From: Marinilabiliales bacterium
GTDB taxonomy: Bacteria; Bacteroidota; Bacteroidia; Bacteroidales; PUMT01
DNA length: 64,000 nucleotides
NCBI GenBank assembly: GCA_007695015.1
Contig: REEN01000027.1
Location: forward strand, 4,994-68,993
Reading direction: 5' to 3'
Positions 9,902 to 21,373 of this stretch are shown piece after piece (the first letter of the stretch is position 1; every line of letters begins with the position of its first letter). The notes beneath the pieces were generated by a model. It had not been told where the DNA came from, did not search any database, and was given only the letters and a program-made list of their open reading frames with translations. The translations under genes and the position numbers were made by a program.

Positions 9902-11011
9902 ATGAACCATGACCCTGTGCAGCAAAGAATTCAAATTCCTCCGGATATTGTCAGGCCGGAAATAAGATCAGACACTGAAGGAACAGCCCCGTTCAGGGCG
10001 GGTATGAAATACGGCCGGGCCCTCAGGGATATAGAAGCAGGAGAATACAAAATAATTCAAGGCAGTTTTGCAACAGCACTGGCTTTTTACTCCTGGCTCA
10101 GAAAACATACCTCCCACGAATACCCGGTCAATGATCACTCATCTTCCAGGCTTAACAGGAAGAAGCTGGCAGAAAGGGCAGGCCATATAATGATCAGGGT
10201 CAGGGATCACAAGCCGGACATGGACAAAGCACCGTCAAATCCATGGCTTAAGGATTTTTATCCTGATATAAATGAGTTCCTGATCTCACTTCCCGACCTG
10301 CTCGGCATGAACGGCGCACGGCAATGGTTTATGAACGGGGTAAAATACCCGGTACTTGACCACAGGTTACATCCATTCTACGGCGCCTATTTTCCCGTAC
10401 GTACGGCACATCTTATGTTGCTGGACAACTGGATGAATAGAAGCATGAAGTTGTTCAGGCATGTAAAAGATATTGGTACCGGATGCGGAATAATGGGTTT
10501 TATGGCCCTCAAACATGGCGCCAAATCGGTCCATGCCACCGACATAAATCCCAATGCAATATTCAGTACCATAACTGATGCAGGGCGCATGGGACTCAGG
10601 AGCAGGTTAACTGCCGAACAGGCCTCTTTCTTTGGCAAAAAGAACCGGGGTCTGGGTAAAGGCCCTGGTTTAACCCTTTTTAATCCGCCCTGGATACCGG
10701 GATCATCGAGCAATATAATAGACAAGGGTATTTATTACGAAGAGGGTTTTTTTGAGGAATTCCTTGCTGATGCGGCAGAAAACATTGATTCCGGCGGAAT
10801 TATTGCAGTTGTTTTTTCTGACTATGCAATCATTGCCGGCTTAACGGGAAAAAACCCGGTCGAAACTGCTGTATCTGCCAGCAATCATTTCTCTCTTGCG
10901 GATGTAATCACCGGAAAAGTTCCGGAAAGATCCCGCAAAAGATCAAGATCCTGGATAAACCGTATCAGGGAAAATGAAACAACCGGACTCTGGATACTCA
11001 AAAGAACCTGA
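9902..11011 (+). CDS. Class I SAM-dependent methyltransferase with NPPW motif and ~170-aa N-terminal domain
   Basis: GxGxG motif DIGTGCGIMG, post-I acidic residue (HATDINP) and the catalytic-type tetrapeptide NPPW (LFNPPWIPG), typical of N-methylating (amino-group) MTases. The target cannot be assigned. Confidence 0.75.
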   Translation: MNHDPVQQRIQIPPDIVRPEIRSDTEGTAPFRAGMKYGRALRDIEAGEYKIIQGSFATALAFYSWLRKHTSHEYPVNDHSSSRLNRKKLAERAGHIMIRVRDHKPDMDKAPSNPWLKDFYPDINEFLISLPDLLGMNGARQWFMNGVKYPVLDHRLHPFYGAYFPVRTAHLMLLDNWMNRSMKLFRHVKDIGTGCGIMGFMALKHGAKSVHATDINPNAIFSTITDAGRMGLRSRLTAEQASFFGKKNRGLGKGPGLTLFNPPWIPGSSSNIIDKGIYYEEGFFEEFLADAAENIDSGGIIAVVFSDYAIIAGLTGKNPVETAVSASNHFSLADVITGKVPERSRKRSRSWINRIRENETTGLWILKRT

Positions 11012-11025
11012 AAAGAAATAACCGC

Positions 11026-12522
11026 CTAAATGTATGTTCTCAGTATATCTGCTATCTCCCGGTCGTTTCTCAGCCGGGGCACCTTGTTTTGTCCGCCCAG
11101 CTTGCCTATTGAGTTCATATATTTTGCAAAACCATTTTCAGGCACAATCCTGACAACGAGCGACTGAATAATGTTCCCCTTAACCAGGTCATCGTAATAA
11201 CTGTTCCTTCTCCTCATCTGGCGGTCCAGTTCGCCGGCAAACGCATCCATGTCAGAAGGCAGTTTCTCAAACTCAATAAACCACTCGTGGCAGGGTTTGC
11301 CTCCCTGGTAATCAAACAACGGCGCAACAGTGAATTCTGATATTCTTGCACCGGTCTTTTTGCACGTCTCAACAATAGCTGAGTCGGCCTCCTCGGCAAT
11401 AACATGCTCACCAAATGCTGAAGTAAACTGGCTCACCCTTCCTGTAACGAGAATTCTGTAAGGATCTTTCGAAACAAACCTGACCGTATCGCCTATATTA
11501 TAACCCCACATACCGGCATTTGTATTGAGTATCATAACATAGTTAACACCTGTTTCAACCCCTTCAAGCGGTATGCGCCCGGGTTTATCGTCGTGGAATT
11601 TGTCCAGTGGTATAAACTCGTAAAAAATCCCGGCATCGGGAATTAGTATCAGTCCCTCTGAAGGAAACTCATCCTGAAAAGCCATGAACCCTTCTGAGGC
11701 AGGAAATGTCTCCAGGGAATCAACATGATCGCCACCGATGAGTTTTCGGAATTTTCCCTCGTAAGGTTCAAAATTCACACCACCGTAAATAAATAGCGAG
11801 AACTCAGGGAATACCTCCTTTATTGAAGCTTTGCCGCTCTGCCGGATAAGCTTCTCAAAATACATTTCCACCCAGGGAGGGATGCCGCTTATCAGTGTCA
11901 TGTTCCTGTCAACTGTCTGATCAACTATAGCATCCAGCTTCCTCTCCCAGTCCTCTATACAATTAACCTCCCATGAGGGCAACTGGTTGCGCCTAAGGTA
12001 TGACGGAACATGATGATTTACTATTCCTGAAAGCCGTCCTGAAGGAATACCGTTCTCATCTTTCAGCAGGGGGCTGCCTGAAAGGAATATGTAGTTTCCG
12101 TCTACAAACCCCGCGTTGCCGGTCTTCCGTATATAGTTCAACAGGGCAAGCCTTGTAGAGCCTATGTGATTGGGAATTGAATCGCGGGTGATCGGTATAT
12201 ATTTACCCCCGGAAGTGGTACCCGATGTCATTGCAAAATAGATGGGGCGGCCTGGCCACAAAACGCTCCGGTGTCCCAGCCTTACCCTTCCTATATATGA
12301 CCTGAGCCCCTCATAGTCCCTTACCGGCACCATATTAGCGAACTGTTCGTATGTTCTTACTGAAGAGAAAGAATGATCGCGGCCAAAACCGGTATCCCTG
12401 CCCTTACGCAGGAGCTGCCTGAAAACCCGATCCTGCATTTCAACTGCCCGGCTTTTCCATGAATTTATCCGATTACTGTATAATCTGGCAGCCATCCTGG
12501 CTGAAAAATTCAAAAAGCTCAT
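11026..12522 (-). CDS. GH3 (auxin-responsive promoter) family acyl-adenylating protein
   Basis: 498 aa. GH3/ANL-type nucleotide motif MTSGTTSGGKYIP. The overall length and order of blocks match bacterial GH3-family proteins. Confidence 0.85.
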   Translation of the reverse strand: MSFLNFSARMAARLYSNRINSWKSRAVEMQDRVFRQLLRKGRDTGFGRDHSFSSVRTYEQFANMVPVRDYEGLRSYIGRVRLGHRSVLWPGRPIYFAMTSGTTSGGKYIPITRDSIPNHIGSTRLALLNYIRKTGNAGFVDGNYIFLSGSPLLKDENGIPSGRLSGIVNHHVPSYLRRNQLPSWEVNCIEDWERKLDAIVDQTVDRNMTLISGIPPWVEMYFEKLIRQSGKASIKEVFPEFSLFIYGGVNFEPYEGKFRKLIGGDHVDSLETFPASEGFMAFQDEFPSEGLILIPDAGIFYEFIPLDKFHDDKPGRIPLEGVETGVNYVMILNTNAGMWGYNIGDTVRFVSKDPYRILVTGRVSQFTSAFGEHVIAEEADSAIVETCKKTGARISEFTVAPLFDYQGGKPCHEWFIEFEKLPSDMDAFAGELDRQMRRRNSYYDDLVKGNIIQSLVVRIVPENGFAKYMNSIGKLGGQNKVPRLRNDREIADILRTYI

Positions 12523-12545
12523 TTACCTGTTTTTGCAGTTAAACT

Positions 12546-13967
12546 TCAATTATCGCTTTCTCCGTATCCGGATTCAATAAGCACTCCAATCAATTCCCGG
12601 TAAACCCCGGTTCCTTCTTCGAGTGCCTTAAAAGGCAGCCGCTCATCAACGTTGTGAATTGTTTCAAGCAGGTGCACAGGTAAAAATACGGGTAATATGC
12701 CATATGTAGGTATACCCAGGGCCCTGAAATAATTGTTGTCGTTCGATGCAGGAGCGAGTATGGGGATAACACCCGATCCGGGAAAAACCCTGAGAAGCGC
12801 CTCCTTCATGTATTCATAGTACTCGTCTACCGGGGTCGGCGGAGCATGTATACCCTCCCTGATTACAGTCAGCTCTACCTTGCTGTTGTCAAGCGATCTT
12901 CGGATCTTGTCAAGGAATTCATCAACATCAGTTTCAGGCAGCAGCCTGCAGTCCAGAATTGCTGTTATCTCCTGCGGTATCTGATTGGGAGGACCCTTCG
13001 GAGTATTAATAGCGGTTATCGTTATGGTGTTAGATATCAGAGCATATACCATCTCCTCCCTTTTCATTGCAGGTACAACGAAAGGCCTGAACAACCTGAG
13101 GTTCCTCAGTGCCAGTCCGCGCAAGCCTCCCTCCACCCGGCCCAGTTCATAAAACATATTACGGGTTGACTCTGAAAATATTATCCTCCTGTTTCTTTCT
13201 GCAAGACGGTTAAGTGCCTGAATCTTATCCTGTACAACATAACTGGAAGGCGGCACCGAACCATGTCCGCTCGTTGTCATCGTAAGTTTAAGTTCAATCC
13301 AGAGACTTCGCTTAAAGGCTGTTGAAATCCCGAAAAGTTTCCTGTCCGGTTCCCTAACCAGAACACCGGGCACACCCGATCCACCCTCGCCGTATACAAC
13401 TGCGGGATTTAAAATATCCATAAAATCTTCAACAATGATCATGGCCCCGGTATGCCCACCCGTTTCTTCACCTGAAACTGAAAGCATTGTGACATTGAAA
13501 GGCAGTTCAGAAGCAGATGCAACATCCAGGTAATCCTTCATTGCCATTAGCTGCATAACTGCCATTCCCTTGTTGTCTATTGCACCTCGTCCCCATACCT
13601 TACCACCGGAAATGGTGCCGGAAAATGGCGGATAGGTATACTCTCCATTTCCCCCGGCAGGGACAACATCAATGTGATTCAGCAGAACGATGTTGGGCTT
13701 GCCTGAAGAGAGCGGATATAATGATGCTGTAAAATTAAAACTGGCAGGTTCATCGGTTAGTATCTCCACATGGAAGCCCATCTGCCGGGCAACTGTCGAA
13801 AAGAAAAGACCTGCCATCCTCTCATGACCGGTAACTGATGCATGTCTGATATAACGGCTCAGCAATTCAGCTGAATAAGGCACACTATCACTCCCTTCAG
13901 CAAAAACGACCCTGAAGGGACTGCAAAAACAGAAGAATAAAAGTAGTGTTGCTAAGCGTCCAACCAT
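12546..13967 (-). CDS. Exported M20-family metallopeptidase/amidohydrolase
   Basis: I favour the start at ATG 13967, which gives the signal peptide MVGRLATLLLFFCFCSPFRVVFA. M20 metal-ligand motifs HIDVVPAG, GRGAIDNKG and SGEETGG. Confidence 0.85.
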   Translation of the reverse strand: MVGRLATLLLFFCFCSPFRVVFAEGSDSVPYSAELLSRYIRHASVTGHERMAGLFFSTVARQMGFHVEILTDEPASFNFTASLYPLSSGKPNIVLLNHIDVVPAGGNGEYTYPPFSGTISGGKVWGRGAIDNKGMAVMQLMAMKDYLDVASASELPFNVTMLSVSGEETGGHTGAMIIVEDFMDILNPAVVYGEGGSGVPGVLVREPDRKLFGISTAFKRSLWIELKLTMTTSGHGSVPPSSYVVQDKIQALNRLAERNRRIIFSESTRNMFYELGRVEGGLRGLALRNLRLFRPFVVPAMKREEMVYALISNTITITAINTPKGPPNQIPQEITAILDCRLLPETDVDEFLDKIRRSLDNSKVELTVIREGIHAPPTPVDEYYEYMKEALLRVFPGSGVIPILAPASNDNNYFRALGIPTYGILPVFLPVHLLETIHNVDERLPFKALEEGTGVYRELIGVLIESGYGESDN

Positions 13968-13971
13968 AATA

Positions 13972-13979
13972 CAAAAATA
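13972..13979 (-). promoter_or_regulatory. -7 promoter box TATTTTTG just upstream of the M20 gene
   Basis: Perfect TAnnTTTG on the minus strand, only 5 nt from ATG 13967. This implies a very short leader or a leaderless mRNA. Confidence 0.3.
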
Positions 13980-14128
13980 ATATATTCCCAAATAGTGGCA
14001 AGGTCAGATTGCGTTATTCAGGGAGGCGTTGATACCGTAACTTAGTCAGCGATCAGTATCGGGTCCAGTTACTCCAATGAACATGAACATGCTGGCGGAC
14101 TGGCAGGCTGATAATGTCAGGTAGCGGC

Positions 14129-16117
<1,989 letters not shown>

Positions 16118-16192
16118 TTATTAAAATAGTTAATTACAACACGCTCTATATAAATGAATTTTAAAAAATCATTCACTGTTTTTTAAATCCAA

Positions 16193-16200
16193 CAAATATA
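16193..16200 (-). promoter_or_regulatory. -7 promoter box TATATTTG upstream of gyrB
   Basis: Perfect TAnnTTTG on the minus strand, 82 nt upstream of the gyrB ATG. It sits within the extended word GTTATATTTG, which recurs upstream of other genes in this window. Confidence 0.35.
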
Positions 16201-16295
16201 ACAAAAATCAAGCAAAGATTCCCTGAAAACTGACCACCTGAAAGGCTGACTTTTCAACAAATAACAAACATCCTAAAGCTATGGTAAGCTGAGTA

Positions 16296-17975
16296 TTACA
16301 TAGAGTAAGTAAACCCTGCTTTCAAGGTAAAACCCTGTACAGGATAATTATTCCATTTGTAGTACCTGACATTCGCAATATTATTCAGACGAAGAAATCC
16401 CGATAGTATCCTGCTGTACCTGTATTCAAACCTGAGGTTAAAATCAGTAATTCCGGGAAGTTCAACTGCCTCTTCATCCATCCCGAAAGGTTTTGCATAC
16501 CGCCTGCCTATGTAGAAAACATCGGCATTAAGAAGTATTTTGTCTCTTAAATTATAGCCGGCCGACAGCTTCATGTCCAGTGAAGGTATATGCCAGGGTT
16601 GTTCCTGGAGTTTCATCGCAAAGTTCCTGTAGTTAAACCTTGCCATTAAATTAATCCTTTCAGATATGTCTGCCCCGATCTCGCCTGAATAGGTCAGTAT
16701 TTCAACATCATCATATACTACAGAAAACTGGTTCCCGATAATGCCGGTGCTGTCATTTATAAAGAAGTGTTTATCATCCTGTACTACATATGAAACCCTG
16801 AAATTGAAGGATATATCCCTGGTAAAATTACCCTTGACCCCTGTATGGATATCCATATTTGTATTTGAATTCCGCACAAACAGGCCGGGAACAATGAAAG
16901 GATTATCGTAGGCGGTACGGCTGTAGTTGTTGATATTCAGATTACCGTCTATGCCTACATAAGGAATTACATAATTGCGAATTATACTGAACTGAAGGCT
17001 GGCCCTTGGATGAAAATAAAATCTGGATTCTTCGCCAAGTTGGTCATAATATGAATGAAACCCGGCAAAAACCTCCCATTCGTCGTCAGCCTTGTTGAAC
17101 CACGGACTGAAACGGAGAATCAGGTTGGAGGTGTCGGTAAAAAACGTATTGTTATAATAATCTGCCACAAGTTCGGCACCTATAATCTGGCTGCGGACGA
17201 ACCTGTCAAAGGATGACCTGAAGGATAACCCGTGCTCCTGTACATTGAGCCGGTCCTGAAAATACAAGTAATCAAAAGAGATGTCATAGTTTAGGTGATT
17301 TGAATCTATGTGGGTCGATTTAAACCTGATACCGCCATTAGCCGCAAGAAATTGCTGACTTATGTCCTCCTCGGTCAGCAGTGTGTCAACCCGGGTATCA
17401 TATCCGTAATAGTTGAACCTGTTGGAGTTAAGGCCGGCTTCGCCGGATATAACACTTCTTCGTCCCATCCTTTTGCCGTAAAACAGCATTTCATTATCAG
17501 CAAATTGAGAATTAGCCTTTTCATCATTATCAAGTTTCAGCCTTCCCTGGGAAGAGAGGTGTTTGAGGTATAGCCCGCCGCTGAATTTGTTGTTGCGGAG
17601 ATTATTTATACTCAGCTCCCCGTAAGGTGTTGAGTAATTCCCGAAACCAAGGCTCAGATAGCTGCCATAAAGCTTTGAAACTGGTTCGGCCGACATCCTG
17701 GCCGGGGTAATAGGCTCTACATCAAAGCCGGAAGCCAGTGGAGTGGGCAGTATGGAGTAGCTGAATACAGGTTTAACGCTAAGTGTGTCTGTCAGGGACG
17801 GCAGGATATTGATCTTGGCTGCCTCGGTAACGGCAGGTTCAAACGGCCTTACAACCACTACTTCCCGGTCTATCCTTTCCTGGGCATTGAGTACCCCGGG
17901 AATAAGTGCAATCACTGATAAAACCGCTGCCTGCAAATGTACCCTGAAAACTGACATGTTCATTGGATCGCTCAT
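16296..17975 (-). CDS. Outer-membrane beta-barrel protein (putative porin family)
   Basis: Signal-peptide-like N-terminus (VHLQAAVLSVIALIPGVLNAQE). Composition is rich in Y/F/N/S/G with alternating beta-strand pattern throughout. C-terminal strand GFTLKAGFTYSM. It starts 26 nt downstream of the giant TPR gene. Confidence 0.55.
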   Translation of the reverse strand: MSDPMNMSVFRVHLQAAVLSVIALIPGVLNAQERIDREVVVVRPFEPAVTEAAKINILPSLTDTLSVKPVFSYSILPTPLASGFDVEPITPARMSAEPVSKLYGSYLSLGFGNYSTPYGELSINNLRNNKFSGGLYLKHLSSQGRLKLDNDEKANSQFADNEMLFYGKRMGRRSVISGEAGLNSNRFNYYGYDTRVDTLLTEEDISQQFLAANGGIRFKSTHIDSNHLNYDISFDYLYFQDRLNVQEHGLSFRSSFDRFVRSQIIGAELVADYYNNTFFTDTSNLILRFSPWFNKADDEWEVFAGFHSYYDQLGEESRFYFHPRASLQFSIIRNYVIPYVGIDGNLNINNYSRTAYDNPFIVPGLFVRNSNTNMDIHTGVKGNFTRDISFNFRVSYVVQDDKHFFINDSTGIIGNQFSVVYDDVEILTYSGEIGADISERINLMARFNYRNFAMKLQEQPWHIPSLDMKLSAGYNLRDKILLNADVFYIGRRYAKPFGMDEEAVELPGITDFNLRFEYRYSRILSGFLRLNNIANVRYYKWNNYPVQGFTLKAGFTYSM

Positions 17976-18001
17976 TTTAGAAAGAATATTAATTTTCTGT
18001 A

Positions 18002-21000
18002 TTACTGGTTTTGCAATCTGATCTCAATGGTATCAGCCTCCCGTTCGGGAACAATCTCCTCGCGCTGTTCGATTGCGACAAGCCTTTTCCGTGCATCTGA
18101 CAAAATTCCGTCATCTGTAATGTCATAATTGTCAAGAATGCTTTGAAGGGTGTGCCTCGCCTGGAAATCATCGCCAATATCATGATAGATATCTGCCAGC
18201 AGTATAAAGGCCATGGCCATCCAGTATTGATGAGGCGTATTCATTGCCACGAACTCATATATCTGCTTTTCAGACTGTTCATTATTGCCCTGCAGAAAGT
18301 AGAGCTCGGCTAACCTGTATTTCGATTCTGCACCCTCACTGCTGGTAACTTCCACTGCAACAACCCTGAATTCATTCATCGCCTGCTCATACTGTCCGGA
18401 AGCCATATAAGCTTTCCCCTTGGTAAAATGCACCTCCCGTAACAACTCTTCAGGAAGATCCTCCGCTGAAAGTATCCTGTTAGCCGCACTAATTGCCGCT
18501 TCATGATTCTCAAGAATGAAATTACATCTCATCTGCCCCTTCCTTGCTATCAGAAGATTTGAAGTCATTTCTGCTATACGCTCAAGCTCCTCATAGTTTT
18601 TGAGGGCATCCTCATAGTTTCCTTTGCTGAAATTGATCGAAGATGCACCAAGAAGCGCCTGCTCAGTAAACGTATTCCTGAACATTCCAATGACAAAGTT
18701 GAACGATTCAAGTGCTTCATTATACTCATTTAACCTGTAATGGCAATCTGCCTTGTAAAAATGTGCATTCAGAATAAAGCTTCCGTTTCTGAACTGTTCA
18801 ATATAACGGCCAAAATTCTCGGTTGCCTGACGGCAGTTCCCTGCCATATAAAGATTTTCAGCTGCCATGTAGGTAAGAGAGTCCTGTTCTGAAATAGTTA
18901 CGGTTGCAAAATCACCCAATGTCCTGGTGTATTCAACATACGCATCAATATCATTCATATCAAGATATATATTTCTAAGCCCTGCAAGTGCCGACCTGGA
19001 TTCAGAAGTACCCGGAAAACCTTCAGCCACCTGTTTGTAATACCCGATAGCTGTCTCATTCCTGTTCCGGTTATATTCAATGAGACCCAACTGGAGAAGT
19101 GCCGAACTAACGTAGTTGCTGGCCGGGAATTCATCGACCACCCTGCTGTAAAAAGGTATTGCGCTGACAGGTGTCCGGGCTGTCATATGGGCATTTCCAA
19201 GCTCAAACAGGGCATCTGTAAAATAAGAAGATCCAGGGTGATCATCAAGAAGCTGCTTAAGAACCTCTATTTTGACGTCGGTCCTGTTGAGGAGACCTGA
19301 TGCAACAGCCTTCTGAAACAGGGCATAATCCCTGTTTGCCTGTCCGTTCCTCACCGACCTTTCATAATATTCAATGGCAGTTTCATAATTTGACAGGATA
19401 AAGTATGCATCTCCCAGCCTGTTCAGGGCGTCTCCAACCATTCTCGAGTCTGCCTCACCGGTCAGGTTAATATATCTCCTGAACCAGGATACTGCATTCT
19501 GATAATCACCGCTTCTGAAATATCCGTAACCCATATTGTAATGAGCAATATTGTATTCATCCAACTCAAATGCACCTGGTGAGAGCAGGAAGCGGTTATA
19601 GTTCCTCACAGCCTCCCCGTACCTTCCAAGCCTGAAATGCGCCTCACCTTTCCAGTAGTATGCCTGCGCTGCTATGACCTGATTGAACTGGGCATTCTGA
19701 ACAGACAGGTCAAAGAGCTTAATTGCATCTTCAAACCGCAGGTTACTGTAAAGTTCGAGTCCCCTGAAGTAAGCAACCCTCTGATAAGCCCTTCTGATCT
19801 CATTGGTAGGTGAGCTTATCTTTTCGATAGAGCGCAGCGCTTCCCTGTAATTACGGGTATTCATATAAGCCATTACCAGATAATTGTATGCCTCATCAAT
19901 CCTCCTGGAATCGGGAAACAGTTCGATAAATCTGTTCAGACCGTTTATCGCCTCATTGAATGGTGAATAGGCTATCTCAAAGGTAAGCAGGGAATAATTG
20001 AACAAAGCGTCCTCCTGTATGGCCCTGTCATGATCCATCCTGGACGCAGATGAAAATGCCATTCTTGCCTTCTGCTTATCTCCAAGCCTGATGTAGCAGT
20101 CCGCCAAATGGTAACTGGTATTCTGAACAAGCATGTCATCGCTGCCGCCAACAAGTTCAAACATTGCGGCAGCCTCTTCGTACCGTTGGGTCTGATAATA
20201 GGAATATCCCAGCTGATACCTGTCCTCCCGGGAAATATTACCGGTTCTGCCCATGAATATTTCGAAGTAGTAAATGGCATCATTGTATTGGCGCCTCCGG
20301 TAATATGATTCCCCTATGATCCGCGCTATCTCTGCAACCCGTCTTGATACGGCCACTTCCAGGAGGTCAGGGCCGTGTTCAATTACATCATCATACCTGC
20401 GTTGCTTGTAATATATCTGGATAATATAATAGGGAACAACCCCGCTGAAAGTCTCATCATCCCTAAGATTAAGGAAACCGCGCAATGCAGTTTCAAGGTT
20501 GTCGTCAGTGTAGGCTATATGGGAGTAGTAATAAGTTGCCGGGGCCGCATATGGTGTATCCCGGTTGGTTATCACAAAGAAAGCCCTCGATGCCCGTTCA
20601 AACTCATTTCTCATGAAATAACCGTATCCGAGCATGAAAAAGTACTCATCCCTCAGGCTTTCTGCAAGATATTCATGCCTGACAGCCTCCAGCCAGTCCG
20701 ATGACCTCCTGTAATTCCTTTTCCTGTAATAGAACCTGCCAAGATGAAAGTGTGCATCGTTCAGATGAATACTTTCGGGATTATTGTTAACGAACATCGT
20801 CATAAGATACTCGGCATCATCATTAAACAGTTCAATGGCGCAAAGTGCCGCATAGTAGCCGGCTTTTGAACTGAGCACAGTATTCATGCCCTCATAATGA
20901 TCCATGGCTCTCTGGAAATGCTTCTGGGCAGCTCCGTATTTCTCCTTCTGGAAAAGATCCATGGCACGGACAAAAGAGAGATCGTCATTGTCGTAGATCA

Positions 21001-21082
21001 GGGGTTTTTGTCCGCTTGCCGTATTTGAGTATAAAAAGAGGGTGAAAGCTGCCAATAACAGTTGTAAAGCAATCCTGGTCAT
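18002..21082 (-). CDS. Exported giant tetratricopeptide-repeat protein (1026 aa)
   Basis: Signal peptide MTRIALQLLLAAFTLFLYSNTASG. TPR/YbgF-like repeats run almost the full length (recurring A..Y..G.....G.Y..A...F pattern). Confidence 0.85.
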   Translation of the reverse strand: MTRIALQLLLAAFTLFLYSNTASGQKPLIYDNDDLSFVRAMDLFQKEKYGAAQKHFQRAMDHYEGMNTVLSSKAGYYAALCAIELFNDDAEYLMTMFVNNNPESIHLNDAHFHLGRFYYRKRNYRRSSDWLEAVRHEYLAESLRDEYFFMLGYGYFMRNEFERASRAFFVITNRDTPYAAPATYYYSHIAYTDDNLETALRGFLNLRDDETFSGVVPYYIIQIYYKQRRYDDVIEHGPDLLEVAVSRRVAEIARIIGESYYRRRQYNDAIYYFEIFMGRTGNISREDRYQLGYSYYQTQRYEEAAAMFELVGGSDDMLVQNTSYHLADCYIRLGDKQKARMAFSSASRMDHDRAIQEDALFNYSLLTFEIAYSPFNEAINGLNRFIELFPDSRRIDEAYNYLVMAYMNTRNYREALRSIEKISSPTNEIRRAYQRVAYFRGLELYSNLRFEDAIKLFDLSVQNAQFNQVIAAQAYYWKGEAHFRLGRYGEAVRNYNRFLLSPGAFELDEYNIAHYNMGYGYFRSGDYQNAVSWFRRYINLTGEADSRMVGDALNRLGDAYFILSNYETAIEYYERSVRNGQANRDYALFQKAVASGLLNRTDVKIEVLKQLLDDHPGSSYFTDALFELGNAHMTARTPVSAIPFYSRVVDEFPASNYVSSALLQLGLIEYNRNRNETAIGYYKQVAEGFPGTSESRSALAGLRNIYLDMNDIDAYVEYTRTLGDFATVTISEQDSLTYMAAENLYMAGNCRQATENFGRYIEQFRNGSFILNAHFYKADCHYRLNEYNEALESFNFVIGMFRNTFTEQALLGASSINFSKGNYEDALKNYEELERIAEMTSNLLIARKGQMRCNFILENHEAAISAANRILSAEDLPEELLREVHFTKGKAYMASGQYEQAMNEFRVVAVEVTSSEGAESKYRLAELYFLQGNNEQSEKQIYEFVAMNTPHQYWMAMAFILLADIYHDIGDDFQARHTLQSILDNYDITDDGILSDARKRLVAIEQREEIVPEREADTIEIRLQNQ

Positions 21083-21126
21083 CGGTTCTGTATAGGTTGT
21101 TATTTATATTTTTTGACTTGCTCTGC

Positions 21127-21134
21127 CAAAAATA
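21127..21134 (-). promoter_or_regulatory. -7 promoter box TATTTTTG upstream of the giant TPR gene
   Basis: Perfect TAnnTTTG on the minus strand, 45 nt upstream of ATG 21082. Confidence 0.35.
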
Positions 21135-21373
21135 CAATTTATAATCTTTGACAGCCCTTTTTGAGGGGGGATTTTAATTAACAATAACTGATAATTTAAC
21201 CGAATATTCTGCTGCTCCTCATAAAAAATAATTATTTTAGCTGCCTGTTGACGATCAGCCACCCCACCCAGGAGCCTTGCGTGCAAGGTTGACCTGCCGG
21301 CAACGTGGCGCTGTTGCCGGCAGAAAACGGTAAGTCAGGTTTGAGCCGGGCAAACCGAAAATAAATACCTCTA

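Noticed and set aside
21320-21345. RNase P-like word CAGAAAACGGTAAG in the GC-rich island upstream of ftsE.
   Set aside because: The island is only about 120 nt, it lacks the GAGGAAAGTCCGGGC P4 element, and it is far too short for RNase P RNA.
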